56,131 nt of DNA from a virus, in the IMG/VR virus record IMGVR_UViG_3300002143_000137. One strand, given 5' to 3'. The notes below the pieces were generated by a model. The model searched no databases. It saw nothing but the letters and a program-made list of their open reading frames with translations, and was not told the DNA's origin. Shown here in pieces: positions 19,529 through 28,920 of the stretch. Made by a program: the position numbers and the translations under genes. Each line of letters begins with the position of its first letter. The stretch's first letter is position 1.

Positions 19529-20029
19529 CTACCCCTTGGTGGATTTCAGAAATTGGATTGCATAATGGAATGACTCCATCACTCGACGCATCCAGCCGCG
19601 ACCAAAGCGATCAACAAGGTCGTCATTAAGCGAGGCGTAATAACACGCGCGCTCAGCCGAGAAGTTAATGCAAAGGTCTTCGGTGGAATACTTGGAGAGT
19701 GCCGCCTTGGATTTGGCGCCAAAGTGACCGTCCGGCGTTACTTTGAGCGTGATTTGCAGCACTTTAATGGCGCGACCAACACCGGCATTTACCGCGAAGT
19801 CAAACACCAGGTAATCTAGTGGTTCAGGCAAGGTCGGCAGCTTAACCCAGTAGTCGCGACGATAAAGGCGCTCAGCGTATTCGAGCGACATAGCCGCAAT
19901 GTCGACATCCGGGTATGCCCGCTTGCTAATGCCGTACTTTGTTTCGCCGCCTGGATCTTTAGGGTCGTTAACATACCCGCCTTCCGATTTAATGACGCGC
20001 TTCACAGCGAGGTCAAAACTCATATTCAC
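19529..20029 (-). CDS. Endolysin, glycoside hydrolase family 108 type
   Basis: EGGYVNDPKDPGGETKYGI signature near the N-terminus, with a PG-binding-like C-terminal half. Confidence 0.85.
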   Translation of the reverse strand: MNMSFDLAVKRVIKSEGGYVNDPKDPGGETKYGISKRAYPDVDIAAMSLEYAERLYRRDYWVKLPTLPEPLDYLVFDFAVNAGVGRAIKVLQITLKVTPDGHFGAKSKAALSKYSTEDLCINFSAERACYYASLNDDLVDRFGRGWMRRVMESFHYAIQFLKSTKG

Positions 20030-20045
20030 ATCCTCTTAAAATTCA

Positions 20046-20381
20046 TTAACCGCCCTGCGTTTTAACCAAGCTTACAAGCGCATTTATTGCCCACGCGCCA
20101 ATCAGACCAAGCCCCCCTATCACCCCTGCCACCATTAGTGCGCCAATAACCTGGTTGCGAAGTTTGCGCGCATCATCCTGGCGGCGCTCACGCGCATGGC
20201 GCTCATTGGAAACAAAGTTCAGCACGCCCGCCCATGCCTCCGCGTCTTTGCGCATTTGCCGAATTAATAAGTGGTCATGGTAGTGATCTTCTCTTGGGAC
20301 ATGGAACGGTCGCTCAGAATCGCACAGCTTTTCGGCAGTTAAGCTCGCAATTGCCTCTACGTCATCTTTACTTAACGCCAT
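20046..20381 (-). CDS. Membrane protein with a C-terminal TM segment (111 aa, holin candidate)
   Basis: VIGALMVAGVIGGLGLIGAWAINALV. Lies directly upstream of the endolysin. Confidence 0.5.
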   Translation of the reverse strand: MALSKDDVEAIASLTAEKLCDSERPFHVPREDHYHDHLLIRQMRKDAEAWAGVLNFVSNERHARERRQDDARKLRNQVIGALMVAGVIGGLGLIGAWAINALVSLVKTQGG

Positions 20382-20472
20382 GCTTTAAATTTTCCTGTGG
20401 TCATCTATCTGTCTTCAAAGTGTATCGACTTATAACCGGCCTTAATTCCTAGGCTTTTTCCTGTTTTAAAAG

Positions 20473-21684
20473 TTACGAAGGGGTGCTGGTTGGCGCTGGG
20501 AAAGCGTTGTCGTCGTAAGATGCCCTCGCAACCTGCGCTGGGGTAATCGCCGACGAGAACATAGCCAGGGTAACGAAGGGCAATTCGGGTGCACCAAACG
20601 TAACTGTCGCGGCCGTATTCCCAGAAGTGCCTATGATGGGGCTGGCGTCCAGCTCAAAAATAAAAGGCGTCTCCTGATCGGGCGTTGTAACAATTAATTG
20701 AGTGCCCACTCGATGTACGCTGTAAACGAACCAGTGAGCCTGGTTTACGTTCTCGTCTATCATAAACTCTTGGAAGCCCCCGGACTCTGTGGCTACCCCG
20801 AAATAAAGGGCTAGTTCCCTTTGGTATGGGCGTTCTGAGTCGTAGTCCTGCCGTATACGGAATGCGGGTTGGCCCCCAACAGTAACGCCCACATGGGTAC
20901 TGTCTGTAATTGCGAAAACGTCATCGTAGTCATACCATGCGCGGGCTTGGAAGATGACCGTGAAGTCTGTGCCGTTGCCAAATATTTCGCTGCAGGGAAT
21001 GCCTCCTGTGCTGGCTGTCGAAGCCAAAATCATCCCGCCAGTAGGACTTCCCGGTGTGTCGTAATAATCATGCGCCGGTTCAATTACAGGTGAGCCAGTT
21101 AAATTATAAGGGGCGCTGGCACCGAGCGTTCCGTGGTTGGTCGTGTCAGTCTCATAAATTGGGAATTGGTAGTAAAGCTGCGCGGTTTGTAGCAGAGGCG
21201 CCGAGTGAAGCAGTATCGACCACGAAAACAGCGTGCCGACGTCACCACCATATTGATCGTCAATATGCAGAGTCCAATCGCCAGCAGCATCTTCCCCTTC
21301 AAAATCTGTGACACCGAAAATCCCTTTTACAAAACCATCGTTGTAATCAGGCTCCTCCACAATCGTGGCAGTGACGCCACCTTTCTCCAGGGTAATAATC
21401 ATGTCCCCCGGCCAAGTGTGCTCGATGTGAAGGAACACCTCGACCAGACCAACGATACCGGCTTGAGTCACCGATATGGTATCGCTAACGATAGCCACAT
21501 CCTGGATAGCCAGGCTAGGGTAGGTAGCTTTTCCATAAGGCAAGCCTGGTGGTGGTGCTACGAGTGCCGGGGTACATAAACCCCAGAGCATTCCCCTCTC
21601 TGGCGCGCTTAGATGCCGAGCGAAGCCACTAAATTTTGAAAAACGTCCGCCCCTGTTACCGAGTACCGTGCGAAAAATAGGCAT
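20473..21684 (-). CDS. Tail fibre / receptor-binding protein with a proprotein-convertase P-domain (403 aa)
   Basis: VEVFLHIEHTWPGDMIITLEKGG...GEDAAGDWTLHIDDQYGGDVGTLFSWSILL. Confidence 0.6.
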   Translation of the reverse strand: MPIFRTVLGNRGGRFSKFSGFARHLSAPERGMLWGLCTPALVAPPPGLPYGKATYPSLAIQDVAIVSDTISVTQAGIVGLVEVFLHIEHTWPGDMIITLEKGGVTATIVEEPDYNDGFVKGIFGVTDFEGEDAAGDWTLHIDDQYGGDVGTLFSWSILLHSAPLLQTAQLYYQFPIYETDTTNHGTLGASAPYNLTGSPVIEPAHDYYDTPGSPTGGMILASTASTGGIPCSEIFGNGTDFTVIFQARAWYDYDDVFAITDSTHVGVTVGGQPAFRIRQDYDSERPYQRELALYFGVATESGGFQEFMIDENVNQAHWFVYSVHRVGTQLIVTTPDQETPFIFELDASPIIGTSGNTAATVTFGAPELPFVTLAMFSSAITPAQVARASYDDNAFPAPTSTPS

Positions 21685-21698
21685 AATATTTTCCCTTA

Positions 21699-23981
21699 TT
21701 AATTAGGCGGTGTTTTGCTGCTATAGATCGTGCCAAGCAGCACATTATCCATATACACCGAGGTAACCCACTTATTTATGCTGCCATCGAACTCCCCGAG
21801 GATGCAGAATAAGTGCGCCGTGGTATCAATACGCCAATCCCGCAAATCATCCAGGGCTTGCTCTACGCCGCCCGCCTGAAAGAGCAGTTTTCCGTCGGGT
21901 CCAACCCGCAAATAGCAGCGATTCGACTCGGAAGACCATATCGCTGGCGTGTAAAAATCAACGATCACGTACCCGTCAAGATTTATCTGAGAAGCTGCGA
22001 AACCAAACACATACGTAAACGTGTCATCCGCGGTAATTGCCACGTTTGTGGAATCAAACTCCGTCCTGAAATGCGCTGCCTCCGAGGTTTGAACCGACTT
22101 ACCCATACCCAATATACCGGGCAGATCTACGCCTAGAGGGGGCTCGCCATAATTGCTAAAGCTGCCATTGGAATTAGGGGCAGTACCCAAGTTCAGCATG
22201 GGGTCAGTGGCGTTAGTGACATTTACGGGGTAATGCACATCCGCGCCTAAGTGGTAGATCGCCATATCATAGGGATCAAACACCGGAACCTTCGCAACAC
22301 CCGTAATACCGACTTGCTTGACCCAGCCCCGCTCTTTGGGAGTCCGCTCATACTTGTAGACCGCGACATTATCCAGGATGCCGTCGAAGCCTTTATTGCT
22401 AGTGGCCCCTGTTAATGGGAAAAAATGCTGCCCACTTACCGGGTCATAGCTCGTCCCTAGCATTGCCCCTACTGCGCTGTTGTGAGCACTTAGACCCACA
22501 GCACTTTCGGAAGCGACCTGTACCCCGCCCACAAATAATTTGAGAGTGTCTTCAGTGACATTCACCAAGCCACTAATTAAGTGCTTGCCTGTTGTGTCGA
22601 GGGTTGAAGTGCTGAAATTTGCGCGCTTAATAACGCCGTTTTGCGCAACACCCACCGAGAGGTATTGCCCAACAATACCAAATGCCCAGCCGTTCGTATT
22701 ATCCCCTTCGCGATAGATAACTTGGTCGGCCACCAGATCATTAAACTTGGCCCAAACTTCAATCTCTTTAACAGGAAGCGCGTCCGACTCCAGCAAAGGC
22801 GCGGCAGGGGTAGCAAGCGTGATTCCCTTGCTGCCATTAAAGCCTTTTGCGTACTCGGTTGAAGGGTCGAACGCATCCAAGAACTCAATGATCGCTTGAT
22901 TAAACGCCCCGGTGACATCGTAGTTAGTGCTATTTTCAAACCGCAAAGACCACATGCCTTGCGATGAGCTGCCGTTGAATACCGTAAGACCTGCTACAGT
23001 GCGGTCGCCACCAAGCTGCGCATCACTGACATAAACTAGGCGTAAGTTTTCCTCGTCCTCGTAGATGTAATTATGGAGCGGTACCACAGTTGCCCCGCGC
23101 ACCAGAGATACCTTTAATTCGTCCAATTGGTAAGGGTAATACAGGTCGAGGTACACCCGGATTCCCGCAATATTTATGTCCTCGCCAACAAGGAAGCTAT
23201 AGCTGTAATCCAAGGGCGAATTACGGTATAGGCTGACGTTCGGCGTCTCATTTTTCACTACGATTTGACGGGTATGTGCTTCGTCATTATGAGTGAGTGG
23301 CAGCACCACATCAGGTGTGTCCATCAACGGCTGCACTTGCAAATTTGCGGCAGCCGTTGCGTCATACAGAACAACAGACCAGCTTTTCAGCACTGCGCCG
23401 TTGCCATAAATATCCTTAACGTAAAGCTGCATATTGCCCGCAGGGGAAATCCCTATGATGTTGTAATCGAAGTGACCTACATGGATTTCATCAGGCTTGT
23501 CTTTGCTTATATGGCTTGTAAACCATTGCGTTAACTCTGGCGCGCCAATGGATTTTTCATTGAATAAAATAGAAAACCCATCACCGCCCCCATCGAATTC
23601 AATGTTTAAAATAGAACTCTGCGTGTCCTCCATTTCAACATGGACGCGAATTGCCGCCACCGTAAACCCCGTATTGGCCGCGAGGGTGTAGGTCATCAGC
23701 GTGTTGTATGGAATCGAAGAGTTGGGCGTTTGCGTATAGGTTACTTGCTGCCCGCCATTCGCTGGCAGACTATAAACAACATCATAGCTGCCGTTGCGAC
23801 CATAGCCGGATAAATCCACCAGCACTTGCTTTGTCGCCACACTGGTGTCGTTGCCAACCGCAGATTCATCCAGGGGCCAATATGCCCATGCGCCGAGCCT
23901 TGCCATTAAACCTTTATAATTAAGATCTACTGCGGCCTCGCTGAGTGACACGAATAAGCCATGGATTAGCGGGAACATCAT
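21699..23981 (-). CDS. Large tail fibre protein with two P-domain-like and LamG-like modules (760 aa)
   Basis: GNMQLYVKDIYGNGAVLKSWSVVL and GIRVYLDLYYPYQLDELKVSLV...GMWSLRFENS. The C-terminal halves have concanavalin/LamG-like segments. Confidence 0.6.
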   Translation of the reverse strand: MMFPLIHGLFVSLSEAAVDLNYKGLMARLGAWAYWPLDESAVGNDTSVATKQVLVDLSGYGRNGSYDVVYSLPANGGQQVTYTQTPNSSIPYNTLMTYTLAANTGFTVAAIRVHVEMEDTQSSILNIEFDGGGDGFSILFNEKSIGAPELTQWFTSHISKDKPDEIHVGHFDYNIIGISPAGNMQLYVKDIYGNGAVLKSWSVVLYDATAAANLQVQPLMDTPDVVLPLTHNDEAHTRQIVVKNETPNVSLYRNSPLDYSYSFLVGEDINIAGIRVYLDLYYPYQLDELKVSLVRGATVVPLHNYIYEDEENLRLVYVSDAQLGGDRTVAGLTVFNGSSSQGMWSLRFENSTNYDVTGAFNQAIIEFLDAFDPSTEYAKGFNGSKGITLATPAAPLLESDALPVKEIEVWAKFNDLVADQVIYREGDNTNGWAFGIVGQYLSVGVAQNGVIKRANFSTSTLDTTGKHLISGLVNVTEDTLKLFVGGVQVASESAVGLSAHNSAVGAMLGTSYDPVSGQHFFPLTGATSNKGFDGILDNVAVYKYERTPKERGWVKQVGITGVAKVPVFDPYDMAIYHLGADVHYPVNVTNATDPMLNLGTAPNSNGSFSNYGEPPLGVDLPGILGMGKSVQTSEAAHFRTEFDSTNVAITADDTFTYVFGFAASQINLDGYVIVDFYTPAIWSSESNRCYLRVGPDGKLLFQAGGVEQALDDLRDWRIDTTAHLFCILGEFDGSINKWVTSVYMDNVLLGTIYSSKTPPN

Positions 23982-24712
23982 GCGCGCTCACCCCCAAGCC
24001 ACCAGCCCGCCTCTGCAAAACGGAAGAACGAAACGGGTGCATATTTTTGCGCAGTGGAAAACAGGTCGCCAGACGAAACAATAACCGCTCCGCCGCTACC
24101 AGCAAAAGTCACTGCGCCATCGCCTGCCTGAATAGCGATGCCTTGTAGGTAATTTTCAAACGGCAATGCGGCACCAGGGAAAGTCACGGTAACCGGCGAG
24201 TCACTGGTGAGCCATAATATTTTGCCGTTATCCTCTGCCTCAAAGGTGTAGGCCGAAGCACTAATAACCTTTATTTTTGCAAAGGGATCAATTGAGTCTC
24301 GAAGATCATCCACCTCTTCCCCTAGCCCGTTGACCGCATCAACTACCGATTGTGTTGTGGTGCTTAACGCATCAATCGCGCCGACCAACGGGGAAACTGC
24401 ATCGCCAAGGTCGTCAAGCTGCTGTTGAATACTGGAGCTAAGATCGTCAAGATCGGCCTGCAATTCATCGGCGGTTACGTAATCCCCCCCGACTGCCTCA
24501 TTTAGCTGCTCAATGGTTGCTGCATGGCTCGGCTCAGTCCCCGCAGGAATAGATATGGGCTCGCTAAACCCTTTTTTTGCGTCATTGCGCGGCGCAGGTA
24601 GCTTCTCAAACCCAGCATTGATCGCGTCGACTTTCTCATTCACATCAGCCGCCCTGGCGGTCGTGCCAGGCAATAGATTGGGTGTCGGGGTAACGTAATC
24701 TTGCGCAGCCAT
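23978..24712 (-). CDS. Tail fibre/adaptor-type structural protein (244 aa)
   Basis: The N-terminus TPTPNLLPGTTARAADVNEKVDAINAGFEKLP resembles fibre N-termini. Position supports the call. Confidence 0.5.
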   Translation of the reverse strand: MAAQDYVTPTPNLLPGTTARAADVNEKVDAINAGFEKLPAPRNDAKKGFSEPISIPAGTEPSHAATIEQLNEAVGGDYVTADELQADLDDLSSSIQQQLDDLGDAVSPLVGAIDALSTTTQSVVDAVNGLGEEVDDLRDSIDPFAKIKVISASAYTFEAEDNGKILWLTSDSPVTVTFPGAALPFENYLQGIAIQAGDGAVTFAGSGGAVIVSSGDLFSTAQKYAPVSFFRFAEAGWWLGGERA

Positions 24713-26451
24713 TATCTCTCCAATCGCCTCATGCTGTAGTGAATTGCAGCGCCATATATCGTGTGTGAGCCATCTTCGATTCCTTCTGAGGCGAATGTCA
24801 GCGACATATTCCTTGCAAGCCCCATCAAGCCTACTGGCTGCACCGAGTTAACTGGCGCAGCCCACTCAAACGCATCCCACTCCGATAAATCCCAAATGCC
24901 GCCGCCCGAGTGCTCGGTAACAATCTCAACGTAGGGCGTAATCGGCACTTCACTGTTTCCAAAGTCGTAGTCTGGTTTAACAAGAATATGCGCGGAATCT
25001 CCTTCTGTTTTGATATCGAACATCGCTTTGCGTAGTTGCTTTATGGAGGTCGGTGCTCGCATAAAATTAAATGCGATGGTGAAATGCGCAAGTATTGGCA
25101 AGCCCGCATATTTGTAGGAGCGATTTGAGCGAAATACTTTGCCATCGCTGCTGCCGAAGAAAAGCACCTCTTTCCCTTGCGCATCTTCGCCCGCTGCAGT
25201 CGTCAGCACTGGGTCGGCGTAGCGAACTGGCGTTATCCCTGCCAACTGATTCCCGGCGTAAGTGAAGTAATAGCCATCCTGGCCAAAGAACAATCGGTAT
25301 TGCGACTTTTCTTTTGACACGAACGAACCTGTCGGCAATAGGTCGGTGCGCAGATTTAGTAGAAGCGGGTTTATTAGGCGAGACTGCGATACCGCCTCGA
25401 AATCCCCGAAAGCTTGCGTGGTTTGTAGGTTTTGCACTCCACGGTTATCGAGAACTAATGAGTTGCCGCCCACTTCGCCAAACGAAAATGGCTTCATGCC
25501 GTGCTGGCCAAAAGGCTGCAATTCCCAGCTTAGGTAATCATTGCCGTACAGCATTTGAATGGAGTCATCGCAACCAACAGCAAGCACGCCACCAGGCACC
25601 CGATTAAGCCCATGAATGGTGTCGCCTACCGCAATTTCAGAGGCTCCCAAAATAGCGTCAAATATTAATGGCTCGCCCGGCGCGGAAATCATTAAGCTTC
25701 CGCTTCTGTAGGCGAGGAATAAGTGTTTTTTGTGGATTGCGATGTATTTCGGGTACTGACTGCTGATCGCCGATTTGATTGTCGCAAAGACAACACCATC
25801 AAACTCAAAAGCATCGCCTTCACCAGAAACTCCGTACATCCGCTCAAGGCCGTCTTGGCCAAAAAAGTTGCCGTTATCGAAGCTGTATCGACCGCCTTTC
25901 GGTAAGCTATTTGCGAATTGACTGCCATCCGCCTTCGCAATGACATCAGGTCCAATTTTCAAGTCCTCGCCGTCGATAAACGTACCGACAATGTTTGATA
26001 GCGCTAGCCTGCCGAAGCTATCACCCACACCATTAGAGCCACCAGCAAAAACAACACGCTCAATCTTTGCGCTGGCACCGGCTCCAGTGACCGTCGCGCC
26101 CTCAATAAAATCTTGAACGCCAAAATTAAAATCGAGCGAATAACCCAGGTCTATCGCCACCCAGCCGGCGCCAGACTCGCGAAACAATCCGCCTTCCGTT
26201 GCTTGATCCCGTATCGCGTGCAACTGCCCCCTAAATACGGTAACGCCACGGATTTCACCCTCACCCGGTACCGGGTGCGGTGAAATGGAGCCGTCATACA
26301 GCACATAGCCATCTATCCGGCGATACCCGCCTTCAGGAAGGCACTCGTAATTGAGACACTGGATCATTCGCCCCGCTGGCATCTTAAAATAAGGCGTGAC
26401 AACATCAAGACCGCCTTCCATTGCGAAATATTCAAAGGACACAGGCATCAT
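24712..26451 (-). CDS. Tail structural protein (579 aa, tubular-B-like by position)
   Basis: Position and size only. Confidence 0.45.
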   Translation of the reverse strand: MMPVSFEYFAMEGGLDVVTPYFKMPAGRMIQCLNYECLPEGGYRRIDGYVLYDGSISPHPVPGEGEIRGVTVFRGQLHAIRDQATEGGLFRESGAGWVAIDLGYSLDFNFGVQDFIEGATVTGAGASAKIERVVFAGGSNGVGDSFGRLALSNIVGTFIDGEDLKIGPDVIAKADGSQFANSLPKGGRYSFDNGNFFGQDGLERMYGVSGEGDAFEFDGVVFATIKSAISSQYPKYIAIHKKHLFLAYRSGSLMISAPGEPLIFDAILGASEIAVGDTIHGLNRVPGGVLAVGCDDSIQMLYGNDYLSWELQPFGQHGMKPFSFGEVGGNSLVLDNRGVQNLQTTQAFGDFEAVSQSRLINPLLLNLRTDLLPTGSFVSKEKSQYRLFFGQDGYYFTYAGNQLAGITPVRYADPVLTTAAGEDAQGKEVLFFGSSDGKVFRSNRSYKYAGLPILAHFTIAFNFMRAPTSIKQLRKAMFDIKTEGDSAHILVKPDYDFGNSEVPITPYVEIVTEHSGGGIWDLSEWDAFEWAAPVNSVQPVGLMGLARNMSLTFASEGIEDGSHTIYGAAIHYSMRRLER

Positions 26452-27134
26452 TCAGCCCTTATGACAATATCAACACCTTGGGATCGTCCGTGCATTTGCT
26501 GCGCACTCGGCAAATACCTGGCCTCAAGATTTGATAGCGCCAGCTCGTAGTTGTAGGCTGCCTTTTGGTACTCGGCCTCAGCCTCGTTAAAGCCCGCCCA
26601 CAGCATTACCGCGCGCCAAATAATCGCGTCATCGTAAGCCGGATCAAACTTGGGAATACTGGTGTTGGCAGAGAGTGACTCAGCCGTTTCCCAATACTCA
26701 AAATCAAGCACGAAGCTGTCATTTGGTGCAGGCAATAGGCGCAGCGTTTCGTTTGGCATCAGAGTGAAGTACGCCGGGACGCCGGGAAGCGCAAAAGCAT
26801 GTTTATCCCGTCGATAATCGTCGTATTCCAAAAAATTAAGCGGGTAATTGGAAAGGCCGCCATCACCACCGGATAAATACACACTATCTTCATTCACCTG
26901 ACGACAATTGGTCGGCAGCGCGTAATCGCTCTGCCCAGGCGTTAGCGTAATTACACCCTCAGCCCATAAGAAATTCCAGTCAGCCCACTTATTGCAAATA
27001 TCGAGATAGGCTTGATTCGTCCAGCTAACAAGCTGGGCAAGCTGCCCTTGTTGGTTGGTGATGGTAACCGGCCCAGTTCCCGCGGTGCCGGTTTCCTGTC
27101 TGACGCGCTGCACCAACTGGAGAAACTGAGCCAT
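26448..27134 (-). CDS. Virion structural protein (228 aa, adaptor or tubular-A-like by position)
   Basis: Position and size only. Confidence 0.45.
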   Translation of the reverse strand: MAQFLQLVQRVRQETGTAGTGPVTITNQQGQLAQLVSWTNQAYLDICNKWADWNFLWAEGVITLTPGQSDYALPTNCRQVNEDSVYLSGGDGGLSNYPLNFLEYDDYRRDKHAFALPGVPAYFTLMPNETLRLLPAPNDSFVLDFEYWETAESLSANTSIPKFDPAYDDAIIWRAVMLWAGFNEAEAEYQKAAYNYELALSNLEARYLPSAQQMHGRSQGVDIVIRAE

Positions 27135-27138
27135 GATT

Positions 27139-27435
27139 TTACGCCCCTGCAGTAGCTTCGCTATTGGTAGCGTCGGCGGCGCCGTCAGTCACGGCGACTG
27201 CATTTGTCACCGATCCCGATTCTGGCTTTTTCTTGCGAGGCTTTGGCGCGACTGGCGCGACTGGCGCGACTGGCGCGATGGTGTCGTCATTGGTGTCACC
27301 ATCAAACCTTGCTACATTGCCATCGCCAGAAAAGTACGTGCCATCTTGGACATAGCGCACGCCCACAAAGCCATCGACTTCGCCATCGCCGCGAACTTCG
27401 CCGTAAGGCCGAGATTTATCTAATTTTTTGGTCAT
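27139..27435 (-). CDS. Hypothetical protein with an (APV)n linker (98 aa)
   Basis: GGAGG lies before the ATG at 27435. The longer 138-aa reading in the track has no SD. Confidence 0.5.
   Translation of the reverse strand: MTKKLDKSRPYGEVRGDGEVDGFVGVRYVQDGTYFSGDGNVARFDGDTNDDTIAPVAPVAPVAPKPRKKKPESGSVTNAVAVTDGAADATNSEATAGA
27245..27278. repeat. 9-bp tandem repeat GGCGCGACT x about 3.7 (coding)
   Basis: Read directly. Encodes APVAPVAPVAP. Confidence 0.9.
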
Positions 27436-27452
27436 AGCCTTGCGGCCTCCGA

Positions 27453-27659
27453 TTAGTAGTAGGACGGTTCCGCCCAGCTGGTTTGCACTACTGCGTCGTG
27501 ATCTGCTTGGCCGGATTTTGAAACAGAGCGCTCCAGGCGCTCTTTTGACCGCCAATGGTCATCGTCGCAACAGTCCATTGTTTGGTGCGCGGTTACGCCT
27601 TCGGTAAGGCTGGAGCCTTTTTCGGTGGTGTCCGGCGCATACGGTAATTTGTGTCGCAT
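27453..27659 (-). CDS. Small protein, paralogue of 27711-27905 (68 aa)
   Basis: Shares YAPD..T..KGSSLTEGVTA with its neighbour. Confidence 0.5.
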   Translation of the reverse strand: MRHKLPYAPDTTEKGSSLTEGVTAHQTMDCCDDDHWRSKERLERSVSKSGQADHDAVVQTSWAEPSYY

Positions 27660-27672
27660 TGTGATTCCCCAG

Positions 27673-27695
27673 AAAAAACGGGGGATTTCTCCCCC
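27673..27695 (-). terminator. Rho-independent terminator after the capsid gene block
   Basis: Minus strand reads GGGGGA-GAAA-TCCCCC followed by GTTTTTT. Confidence 0.8.
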
Positions 27696-27710
27696 TAAGC
27701 GCTGCTGAAA

Positions 27711-27905
27711 TTAAATGCGGTCGTGGCCTTTCGGCATACGATTGGTACCTTCATTGGGCGCGTACATATCTTTTACAGAAATGCTTTCGCGCGCCGATAC
27801 ACCCTCGGTCAGATTGCTACCGGAGCCCCAGTCTTCACCTTTTTTGCCCGCTTTGTCGCTGATTTTCATAGACTGCGCAGCGGTTGCTACTTTGCCGTTC
27901 TTCAT
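27711..27905 (-). CDS. Small protein following the major capsid gene (64 aa)
   Basis: AAGGGAG lies before the ATG at 27905. Sequence: MKNGKVATAAQ...GSGSNLTEGVSA...MYAPNEGTNRMPKG. Confidence 0.6.
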   Translation of the reverse strand: MKNGKVATAAQSMKISDKAGKKGEDWGSGSNLTEGVSARESISVKDMYAPNEGTNRMPKGHDRI

Positions 27906-27957
27906 TAGGATTACTCCCTTGTTCGATAAACACATAAAGGGGCTTGCGCCCCTTCAA

Positions 27958-28896
27958 TTAGGCGGCTGAGCCCCAGCGCAGAATGCGGCTGTGCTCGGCT
28001 GCGGTGTGGCAGATACCAAAGCCGCCCAAGTAATACCAGGCAACACCCTTCGAGCGACCGAAGTCGGAGGGGATCTTGCCGCGGATTTCCTCGGGAATAA
28101 CGATACCTTCCGCTACGGTGTCAGCACCGAAGAAGAAAGCCTCGTCCGACTTGCCGTTAGTCCACGCCTTGCTAGCGATACCTGTCTGCTCGGTAAAGCG
28201 GATGCTTTCATAGCGGCCGATTTCACCGTTCAGAATCATGCCAAAGCCTTCAGCGACGTACTTGTGGATGTCCTCAAGTTCGTTTTTGAAGGGACGGAAG
28301 GTTGACGGACGGCCGCACGCGGCATAATTCTCGCCGTCATACGGAGTGATTGAGCGCTCTTTCATCTCGTCAGAAATTGCTTTGACGTGACTTTTACTCA
28401 ATGGCGTGTCGTTGGTCGCGGTAGGTGTGCCGGTTGTCTCTACCACAATATTGGTGGTAGATGTGCCGGCAACCGGGGTTACGGTCAGTTTGGTTTTAGC
28501 AAACTCATCGTAAGCGGCTTTTTCCAAAGTATTACGCGCGTCGTTCTTGAGGACTTTATGAATCACCTCAATAACTGAGTGCTTGCTCAAGTCATCCAGT
28601 TTTTTGCTGTACGGGATTGAGTTGCCGTACTCTTCCACGGTCAAGCTTTCTTGACGAATGGTGTAGTTGGTTTCAGGCATCGCGACGTTTTCGGTCAGCT
28701 TGGCGCCCTGGGTCTGTACATTGCTGTACACGTTCCAGTAGAGCTTATCGCCTTTAGATTCACCCTTGCCTTCCTTGATGTCACAGAACTGACGGAAGCG
28801 CGCCATCGGTTGAAGCGACGTGCGCAGGATGTCGGAAAGCTCGTCGCTATACATATAGCCGCCGAGCGTATTACTGCCCCATAATTGTCCAGCCAT
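27958..28896 (-). CDS. Major capsid protein (312 aa)
   Basis: Follows a scaffold-like gene. Size fits HK97-fold coat proteins. A strong terminator lies shortly downstream. Confidence 0.75.
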   Translation of the reverse strand: MAGQLWGSNTLGGYMYSDELSDILRTSLQPMARFRQFCDIKEGKGESKGDKLYWNVYSNVQTQGAKLTENVAMPETNYTIRQESLTVEEYGNSIPYSKKLDDLSKHSVIEVIHKVLKNDARNTLEKAAYDEFAKTKLTVTPVAGTSTTNIVVETTGTPTATNDTPLSKSHVKAISDEMKERSITPYDGENYAACGRPSTFRPFKNELEDIHKYVAEGFGMILNGEIGRYESIRFTEQTGIASKAWTNGKSDEAFFFGADTVAEGIVIPEEIRGKIPSDFGRSKGVAWYYLGGFGICHTAAEHSRILRWGSAA

Positions 28897-28920
28897 AGCT
28901 AGATCCTCTCTCTCAAATCA

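Noticed and set aside
20473-24712. The lectin-like fibre genes prompted a look for a diversity-generating retroelement.
   Set aside because: No reverse transcriptase ORF and no template/variable repeat pair could be found in the window.
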